Below, piece by piece: positions 1-6,273 of a stretch of 30,348 bases of DNA; the first letter of the stretch is position 1; each line of letters begins with the position of its first letter. The notes beneath the pieces are model-generated. The model saw only the letters and a list, made by a program, of their open reading frames with translations, made no database searches and was not told the origin of the DNA. The stretch comes from an uncultured Candidatus Saccharibacteria bacterium. GTDB taxonomy: Bacteria; Patescibacteriota; Minisyncoccia; 2-02-FULL-40-12; IGHO2-01-FULL-4-A. The DNA is taken from the NCBI GenBank assembly GCA_964446135.1, contig CAYUQA010000085.1, positions 1-30,348 of the forward strand. Reading direction: 5' to 3'. The translations under genes were made by a program, and so were the position numbers.

Positions 1-24
1 TTTTCGTAGGTATATCAACTACGA

Positions 25-97
25 GCGCCCGTAGCTCAATCGGAAGAGCGACTGCCTTCGAAGCAGTAGGTTGTAGGTTCGAGCCCTGCCGGGCGCG
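25..97 (+). tRNA. tRNA-Arg, anticodon TCG; CCA not encoded (followed by CA)
   Basis: Cloverleaf: acceptor GCGCCCG 25-31/CGGGCGC 90-96, D-stem GCTC/GAGC with A20 Arg identity base, anticodon stem ACTGC/GCAGT around CT-TCG-AA, T-loop TTCGAGC. Confidence 0.96.
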
Positions 98-99
98 CA
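83..99 (+). repeat. 17-bp direct repeat copy 1 (tRNA-Arg 3' end, GCCCTGCCGGGCGCGCA)
   Basis: Identical to 198-214; flanking bases differ on both sides. Confidence 0.95.
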
Positions 100-214
100 G
101 TTTGTAGAATATGTCACGAATGTGACATATGACAGGCGAGAACGGTTCGATGACTGAGCGCGAGCGAAGAAATACCAAAGGCCAGCAGGCCGTGGTGGCC
201 CTGCCGGGCGCGCA
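100..214. mobile_element. 115-bp tRNA-anchored mini-element or island scar ending in a duplicate of the tRNA 3' end
   Basis: Bounded by 17-bp direct repeats; contains 9-bp perfect hairpin ATATGTCAC-GAAT-GTGACATAT (109-130), GGTTCGA T-loop copy (144-150) and an AGCA-loop hairpin (174-196). Confidence 0.5.
198..214 (+). repeat. 17-bp direct repeat copy 2 of tRNA-Arg 3' end
   Basis: Exact match to 83-99. Confidence 0.95.
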
Positions 215-238
215 TAAGAGCACAAAAATACCACGGTA

Positions 239-267
239 TTGACTAAAATTCAATAAAATGGTATTAT
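239..267 (+). promoter_or_regulatory. sigma70-type promoter for the surface-protein/sortase pair
   Basis: TTGACT (239-244), 17-bp spacer, TATTAT (262-267) with extended TG at 259-260. Confidence 0.7.
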
Positions 268-319
268 AGTAGCATCTTACAAAGCGTCTCTCCGAGCCGC
301 TTTTCGATAAAAATATCAC

Positions 320-2923
320 ATGAATACATCAATTCGCACCAAGACAGTCGTTATAGCATCAGTACTCTTTGCAGTACTTTTTTCGGTAGTTAACTTTGCC
401 GGTGTCCGCGCTGATCTTATCGACTCCGATGGCAACGTTGCATTTAATACTAACGACACAATCGACTCCAATGGCAATGGCTACGTCTTCTTCGGTCCAA
501 ACGACTCTATTGATCCAACACCGACCGTAACATTTCGTCCAAACGACTCTATAGACCCACTTCCAACCAATCTTCCTGACGGTTGTGGTATTGTCTACGG
601 TCGCAAAATAGTTTGCGGCGCTCCATTTTCAACTCCAACTATCAGGCCGCCACATATTCCTTTTTATCCTACTGTCATTCCAACATATACACCTACCTAT
701 ACACTAGTTCCGCGTCCCACTCGCACCATCACTCCAATGCCTCCGATACAAGTCTACCCTTCAGTTGACTTAAAGGTTCGTGCCGGTAACACAAGTAATT
801 TTGTAGATGGCACTATCACGATTGATCAAAATGTGCCGTTCGAACTCTCTTGGAATTCAAACAATGTCTCAACCTGTAATGCCTCGGGTAACTGGAATGG
901 CGCCCGTGGTACTGTCGGCGCGCTAGTCATCGAAGCTGGTCTACCAGCCGGTCAATATCTATATACGCTAACCTGCACAGGTATATTTGGTAATGCAACT
1001 GATTTTGTCAGAGTAAACATCCGCGGCCCAACAATCACGCCAACACCGACACCAAATGCGCCAACCGTACAACTTCGCGCCAATGGTAGTGATCAAGATA
1101 TTACCATCAACTATAATCAAGCAGTTGCTCTATCTTGGACTTCAACCAATGCCAGCTACTGTGTCGCATCAGGCGATTGGAGCGGAACAAAATCAACACA
1201 AGGTTCACAAACAATTTCAAATAATATATTTCGAAAAGTCTTCTTATTGACCTGTTATGGTCAAGGCGGTAGTGCTTCGGATATCATTAACGTCCATGTT
1301 AATAATCAGGTAACTCCAACACCAACTCCGACGACTGCCCCCTATCTTACAGTCTCATTACAACCACAACCTCAAAGCGGCTATGTACCATTTGCTTCGA
1401 CTTTAACCGCCACGATCAACAGCAACACAAACGGCCCAATCACTTATAAATTTGATTGTACTAATGACGGTATCTACGAAGGTATCTGGACAAATATCTC
1501 AAACACGGTCTGGTCATTTACTTGTAATTACAATCAAGCCGGTACCTATACTGCCAGAGTTATCGCCGAACGCGATGGTTTAACTGCTACAGATACTCGC
1601 GGTATTACTGCATACAATCAAAATAATTATCAGAACACAATAGTCGATCTTACGACTAACCGCACTTCTGTAAATACTGGCGATAGCGCAATCCTTTCTT
1701 GGAATTCCCAAAACGCACAGTACTGCATAGCATCAAATGGCTGGTACGGTAGCAAGGCCACATCTGGTAATGAAATAGTATATAATATTTTCTCAACTAC
1801 GACATTTGTATTAACTTGCTACGGGAACAACTCTGCTTCTGATATAGTCACCATCTCTACAAACTCAAATACAAACAACGGCACAGTCACATTATCAAAA
1901 TCGGTTCGTAACGTATCGCGCTCAAGTGGTCTTGGTAGTTCAATAAACGCACAACCAAACGATACACTCGAGTTCGTAATTACGGCTACCAATAACAGCA
2001 ACTCAACGGCAAACAATGTCCGTGTCTATGATTCATTGCCATATGGCTTGAATTACGTCAATAACTCCGCGACGCAAAACGGATATTCTACAAACGGCGA
2101 GATCGTAAACAACGGTGCCTATATCAATCTGTCGCCAAACCAGACGATAACCTTCCGTTTTCAAGCAACGGTATCGGATAGTTTTATCTTAAATTACATT
2201 TCTTCAACGATCACAAATGTTGCCAATGCCTCTACAAACAATGGCTACGTTACCAGTAACACTGCGACCATCTATGTAAATAAAACCGCGGCTGTCATTG
2301 ATAATACACAAACTGGAACTTTGAGTATCCAAAAATTCGGCAAAGATATAAGTAAAGGCGACGCTACCGAACGCTCAAACTTAACCGCACAACCAAACGA
2401 TACTATTGAGTTTGTATTACGCGTTCGTACGCTGACATCAAGCACGATAGATAACGTCTACGTTCGCGATATTATGCCTGATGGTTTAATATATGTTCCG
2501 CGCTCAACCAGTATCAATGGCATCTCGGCTGCGGATGGCATTGTCGGCAGTTCTGGCCTGTTGATCGGCTCAATTGGAGCTGGCAACGAGATCATCATCC
2601 GCTTCAACGCAACAGTTAGCGCACAATCTTTCCAACGCGCCAACACATCTATCACAAATACCGCTATCGCTTTTGTTAATCAAACCAATACCAGCGTACA
2701 GTCCGGCCTTCCAATCACAATCAACAATCCACTCTACGGCGGTGTTATATCAAACCCGGGCAATATACAAACTGGTTCCGGCACTCTTTTGATAGCACTC
2801 TTGACCGGCCTTGTTATTACCACAGGTTATGTATTCTATAACCGCAGTGGTTACTCACAGAACCGCAGACTCAATAGAATTCTAAAAAATTCTAAAGCAA
2901 AGACTCAGTTCAATTTTGTCTAA
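320..2923 (+). CDS. Large secreted surface protein (867 aa): signal peptide, Pro/Thr linkers, three Cys-paired Ig-like repeats, PKD-like domain, two DUF11-like domains, C-terminal sortase-type sorting signal
   Basis: N-terminal hydrophobic leader; LSWxSxN..C.AS..W.G repeated three times; DUF11-like EFVITATN..VYDSLPYGLNYV and EFVLRVR..VRDIMPDGLIYV; C-terminal NIQTG + hydrophobic helix + basic tail; directly upstream of sortase. Confidence 0.85.
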   Translation: MNTSIRTKTVVIASVLFAVLFSVVNFAGVRADLIDSDGNVAFNTNDTIDSNGNGYVFFGPNDSIDPTPTVTFRPNDSIDPLPTNLPDGCGIVYGRKIVCGAPFSTPTIRPPHIPFYPTVIPTYTPTYTLVPRPTRTITPMPPIQVYPSVDLKVRAGNTSNFVDGTITIDQNVPFELSWNSNNVSTCNASGNWNGARGTVGALVIEAGLPAGQYLYTLTCTGIFGNATDFVRVNIRGPTITPTPTPNAPTVQLRANGSDQDITINYNQAVALSWTSTNASYCVASGDWSGTKSTQGSQTISNNIFRKVFLLTCYGQGGSASDIINVHVNNQVTPTPTPTTAPYLTVSLQPQPQSGYVPFASTLTATINSNTNGPITYKFDCTNDGIYEGIWTNISNTVWSFTCNYNQAGTYTARVIAERDGLTATDTRGITAYNQNNYQNTIVDLTTNRTSVNTGDSAILSWNSQNAQYCIASNGWYGSKATSGNEIVYNIFSTTTFVLTCYGNNSASDIVTISTNSNTNNGTVTLSKSVRNVSRSSGLGSSINAQPNDTLEFVITATNNSNSTANNVRVYDSLPYGLNYVNNSATQNGYSTNGEIVNNGAYINLSPNQTITFRFQATVSDSFILNYISSTITNVANASTNNGYVTSNTATIYVNKTAAVIDNTQTGTLSIQKFGKDISKGDATERSNLTAQPNDTIEFVLRVRTLTSSTIDNVYVRDIMPDGLIYVPRSTSINGISAADGIVGSSGLLIGSIGAGNEIIIRFNATVSAQSFQRANTSITNTAIAFVNQTNTSVQSGLPITINNPLYGGVISNPGNIQTGSGTLLIALLTGLVITTGYVFYNRSGYSQNRRLNRILKNSKAKTQFNFV

Positions 2924-2946
2924 AATATTTTAGGCAAATCAATATT

Positions 2947-3555
2947 ATGAAACTTCGAGCTACAATAATCTTCGTCGTTGCATTTGTGATTATATTTGCA
3001 ACATTGAATTTCTCTTCAATCATAAATGAGTTTAATTTCGCGACGCGCGATGTGCTCAATGCTCAAAGTATCAATGCATTTTATCTGCCGCTTTCAGCAG
3101 ATAAGAAACAGCAAGATCTTACAGAAGAAGCGACTCTAGTCATCGAAAAGCTCAACATATCGGCACCGATTATTTTCTCAAAAGCTCAAACAACAGATGC
3201 TATATATACTGATCTAAAAAAGGGTGTTGTTGTATATCCGGGCAGTGTCAAACCGGGCGAGCAAGGCTCTTCGCTGATTCTTGGACATAGTTCGAGCTAT
3301 CTGTGGGATAAAAATAAATATGGCAATATTTTTGCCCTAATAAATAAACTTCAGATCGGCGACACTTTTAGCATCCGCTATGCTGACGGTCAAACGTTCC
3401 GTTTTCAAGTTGATGAGTCTCTAATATTCAATCCATTTGATTCAGATAGTCTTGCCAAATTAAGTGCTACCGAAACCAGCAACGTCATTCTCATGAGTTG
3501 TTGGCCGACCGGTACTTCACTCAAACGCATCGGTATCAAAGGCGTACGCATATAA
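2947..3555 (+). CDS. Sortase family transpeptidase (202 aa)
   Basis: N-terminal membrane anchor, L.I.KLNI strand, catalytic His in ILGHSS, catalytic Cys in VILMSCWP (TLxTC variant), downstream Arg in KRI. Confidence 0.88.
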   Translation: MKLRATIIFVVAFVIIFATLNFSSIINEFNFATRDVLNAQSINAFYLPLSADKKQQDLTEEATLVIEKLNISAPIIFSKAQTTDAIYTDLKKGVVVYPGSVKPGEQGSSLILGHSSSYLWDKNKYGNIFALINKLQIGDTFSIRYADGQTFRFQVDESLIFNPFDSDSLAKLSATETSNVILMSCWPTGTSLKRIGIKGVRI

Positions 3556-3601
3556 CCAAAATAAAAACCCATCAGACATCTGATGGGTTTTTATTTTGGT
3601 T
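3554..3601. terminator. Bidirectional intrinsic terminator formed by a 23-bp perfect inverted repeat
   Basis: AACCAAAATAAAAACCCATCAGA-CA-TCTGATGGGTTTTTATTTTGGTT; GC core flanked by A and T tracts. Confidence 0.85.
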
Positions 3602-3628
3602 GCCGAAGACTCTTTTTTTTGTTATTAT
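3600..3628 (+). promoter_or_regulatory. Likely tRNA-Lys promoter
   Basis: TTGCCG (3600-3605), 17-bp spacer, TATTAT (3623-3628), 14 nt upstream of the tRNA. Confidence 0.55.
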
Positions 3629-3642
3629 TTTGCCATCAAATA

Positions 3643-3718
3643 CCGCCCTTAGCTCAGTTGGTAGAGCTGCTCCCTCTTAAGGAGAAGGTCGTTGGTTCGA
3701 ATCCAACAGGGCGGACCA
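3643..3718 (+). tRNA. tRNA-Lys, anticodon CTT, with encoded CCA
   Basis: Acceptor CCGCCCT/AGGGCGG, discriminator A, CCA 3716-3718; D-stem GCTC/GAGC; anticodon loop CT-CTT-AA; T-arm GTTGG-TTCGAAT-CCAAC. Confidence 0.96.
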
Positions 3719-5189
3719 TTTGAGATTTTTTACCACCAGATTCTTTATTGATGGCGTAGATATTAGATAATTTGGTGGTTCCAAATTTCTCACCGTCAAA
3801 GAACGGTTTTTCGTCAAAAATCATATTTTGGAAACGAACATTATTTGGGTGAGTCAATCTTAGCCATGTTTTAGCTGTCTCTCTTACAAAGTTAAAACAA
3901 TAATCCAGAGATTCTTCCATGTTAAACTCTTCAATATGGCTCTCCTGTAATAGTTGCCGCTTTTCGTATATTTTCTGATTAATCAAATCTTTCTGCTCAA
4001 CAAACTCCTCATCGTTATATCTGCCCGCTCTATGAAGATCAAAAATTTTTAATCTATCTTGCTCTAGATTCTCAACCTCTTTATTTATTTGAACATTCTC
4101 CTCATTAAATCTTTTGTAATTTGACTGCCAAATATCTATCATGATGGCCTTAAACATTTTCTCGTATTTTTTATTCGGAGTAATCTTGGTTAAATATTCA
4201 ACAAATAACTGTTCAAATGTTTCTTTGGGTATAAACTTTGCATTCTCGCAATTTTGACGATGGTGATGATAGTAAGGATATTTTACCCTCTTTCTTCCGG
4301 TAGAATAGCTACCGGTTATAGAGGTTCTGCAATTAGGACAGACAACTTTTCTTAAGGGGAAATTGGGATTAGCGCTTATTCTTTGTGTAGATTGAGATCT
4401 ATCTTTCTTTTTGCGCTGGCATTGATTAAATAACTCCTCACTAACTATTCCAAATGAACTTTTTATTCTCATTCCCCACACATCTATAATCCCACAATAT
4501 ATCGGATTCTTAATTATTCGCTCCATTAGTTGAGCAAAAGGTATTTTATTATTTCTAGTTCTAAATCCACGTTCACCTATGAATTTAGCCAATGCACGAT
4601 AACTATATTTGCCCTTAGCATATTCTTCGAATAAAAGTCTTATGTAAACAGAATCTTGAGGATGTGGTTCAATATTCGAACCAGAGTAAGATCTATAAAA
4701 ACCAATAGGAGCCGCCCATGTCCAAATTCCCTTCTTAAGCTGTTCCATCATGCCACTTATGCTCCTTTCTTTTCTGACGTTATTGTCTAATTCGGCAAAG
4801 ACAGAAAGCACACCCTCCATAGCCCTACCAAAAGGCGTTTCATTAATCGGCTCCGTAACTGATTTAAGCTCTGTTCCGAATTTTCTTAATATCGTCCTAA
4901 CGTTGACGTGATCATCTTGATTCCTTGCAAAACGATCTAACTTGTAAACAATAAAATAGTTAATGGGCTTTTTTTTGTTAGAACAAAGCGATATCGCTTT
5001 CATAAACTCTGGCCTGTCAGCAGTCTTAGCCGATTCTCCACGATCAACAAAAACTTTCGGATCCATAATTCCTAATTTCGTAGCATATTCACGGCATAGT
5101 CTTTCTTGCATATCTAAACTTGTTCCCTCAACCTGTTCCTTTGAAGAAACCCTACAATACAACACTCCCGTTTTTGCTGATTCGCTCAT
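3654..5189 (-). CDS. Large serine recombinase/integrase (511 aa): resolvase catalytic domain, recombinase domain, zinc ribbon, coiled coil
   Basis: LYCRVSSKEQ catalytic Ser motif, YKLDRFARN, WAAPIGFY, CPNC..YYHH..C ribbon; last 21 codons and TGA lie antisense within tRNA-Lys. Confidence 0.93.
   Translation of the reverse strand: MSESAKTGVLYCRVSSKEQVEGTSLDMQERLCREYATKLGIMDPKVFVDRGESAKTADRPEFMKAISLCSNKKKPINYFIVYKLDRFARNQDDHVNVRTILRKFGTELKSVTEPINETPFGRAMEGVLSVFAELDNNVRKERSISGMMEQLKKGIWTWAAPIGFYRSYSGSNIEPHPQDSVYIRLLFEEYAKGKYSYRALAKFIGERGFRTRNNKIPFAQLMERIIKNPIYCGIIDVWGMRIKSSFGIVSEELFNQCQRKKKDRSQSTQRISANPNFPLRKVVCPNCRTSITGSYSTGRKRVKYPYYHHHRQNCENAKFIPKETFEQLFVEYLTKITPNKKYEKMFKAIMIDIWQSNYKRFNEENVQINKEVENLEQDRLKIFDLHRAGRYNDEEFVEQKDLINQKIYEKRQLLQESHIEEFNMEESLDYCFNFVRETAKTWLRLTHPNNVRFQNMIFDEKPFFDGEKFGTTKLSNIYAINKESGGKKSQMVRPVGFEPTTFSLRGSSSTN
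3698..3716 (+). repeat. attL-like 19-bp direct repeat (CGAATCCAACAGGGCGGAC)
   Basis: Exact match to 7653-7671; runs from the T-loop to the first C of CCA. Confidence 0.93.
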
Positions 5190-5383
5190 GACTGTATTTT
5201 ATTGCTTTCCCCAAGTTTGTGCAGTATCCCAATAGGATACTTGGAACCACTTACACTATCTAGCCAATCATCAAAAATAAGCCGTCCTAACTCATAATAT
5301 TTATCGCGTATCTTAATAGCCTCATCATCAGAGATGCCATTTAATTCTGGGTCTATTTTTCTTAATTTCTCTATGTTGAGCAT
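5186..5383 (-). CDS. Small hypothetical protein (65 aa) translationally coupled to the recombinase
   Basis: Stop overlaps recombinase start (ATGA at 5186-5189); helical charged sequence. Confidence 0.7.
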   Translation of the reverse strand: MLNIEKLRKIDPELNGISDDEAIKIRDKYYELGRLIFDDWLDSVSGSKYPIGILHKLGESNKIQS

Positions 5384-5439
5384 AGGGTATCAGTCTGTAT
5401 TTATTATCTCAACCTGGGGCATTTAAAGCCCAAAGGTCC

Positions 5440-5625
5440 CTACTTTTTACTACCTTTTCTCTCTATGTCCTCTGATAGTTTTCGGTAGTAATTCTCATTC
5501 TCTAAAATTGATTTGATTGAATAAGTTTTTCCATTCGAGGGAACTATGCCGTAATAAGCTCTAACAAAAGCATCCCTTAACTCCTTATTTGGTATTTGTT
5601 CAACTAAATTTATTGTCTGGATCAT
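5440..5625 (-). CDS. Small hypothetical protein (61 aa)
   Basis: ATG start, co-oriented with island genes, AT-rich upstream spacer. Confidence 0.55.
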   Translation of the reverse strand: MIQTINLVEQIPNKELRDAFVRAYYGIVPSNGKTYSIKSILENENYYRKLSEDIERKGSKK

Positions 5626-5633
5626 ATAGTTAT

Positions 5634-5948
5634 AAATAAAAATCCGCTTAATTCGATGGGGGTACCACTTGGAATGACGACCCCCGCCGAATCAAACGGA
5701 CATTTCCCAAGTAGTTTACCGCCAAAACAGAAAAAGACCTCTCGCTAGAGGCCCTTTCTTTAAATAATCGAGAAAAAGCTCTACTAGCTCTTTCTCGCTC
5801 ACGAGGCGAAGGATTTAACCATGTTCTGTATAGGCTTAAAAATCTTCAAGCCATCAAGACGCAGTGAATTTACCGAATAACGAATCGGGGAGGATCTCAC
5901 CCCCTGATTCACCAAGCAGTTTTCTCTCTGCCTTTAGAATCTACAGTT
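5634..5948 (-). ncRNA. Candidate structured RNA or attenuator leader of the recombinase operon
   Basis: ORF-free; stem-loops at 5914-5933, 5882-5910, 5769-5797, 5736-5753 (+U-tract) and 5643-5700 (+U-tract); A-C mismatches on + become G-U pairs on -; TTGACA at 5982-5977 on - upstream. Confidence 0.4.
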
Positions 5949-5984
5949 GATTCCATTAAAGCAATTCGTGTATCTTTGTCAATC

Positions 5985-6236
5985 TTATTTGTCGATAAAT
6001 ATCATTTTTGGCACTTCGATTGTCGTCTCTATCGGCGTGACTGGTCTCCCGAACGCACGATCAAATAAAATCTGAGTTGCCTTTAAATCACCTTGCTTTG
6101 CGCGCTCTATAAGTCCAGTAACGATTAGTCCCAAAGAATTCCCAACTTGCTGAACTATATACTCTCGGAACTTCTCAGCCTGAACGCCACTAAATCCCTG
6201 TTTCCTGCCTGCATTTTCTCTATATCCACCTCTCAT
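5985..6236 (-). CDS. Hypothetical protein (83 aa) resembling phage terminase small-subunit-like/DUF5681-type proteins
   Basis: N-terminal GGYRENAGRKQG and C-terminal GDLKATQILFDRAFGRP resemble motifs remembered from such phage proteins; function not verified. Confidence 0.55.
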   Translation of the reverse strand: MRGGYRENAGRKQGFSGVQAEKFREYIVQQVGNSLGLIVTGLIERAKQGDLKATQILFDRAFGRPVTPIETTIEVPKMIFIDK

Positions 6237-6273
6237 AAAATTTGATAAGAATCAAAGATGATAATCGCAAAGA

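Noticed and set aside
19-234. 71-aa minus-strand ORF
   Set aside because: It is the antisense of tRNA-Arg and its repeat cassette; no coding features.
2920-2933. 14-bp palindrome CTAAAATATTTTAG at the surface-protein stop
   Set aside because: Almost entirely A/T and includes the stop codon; plausible by chance.
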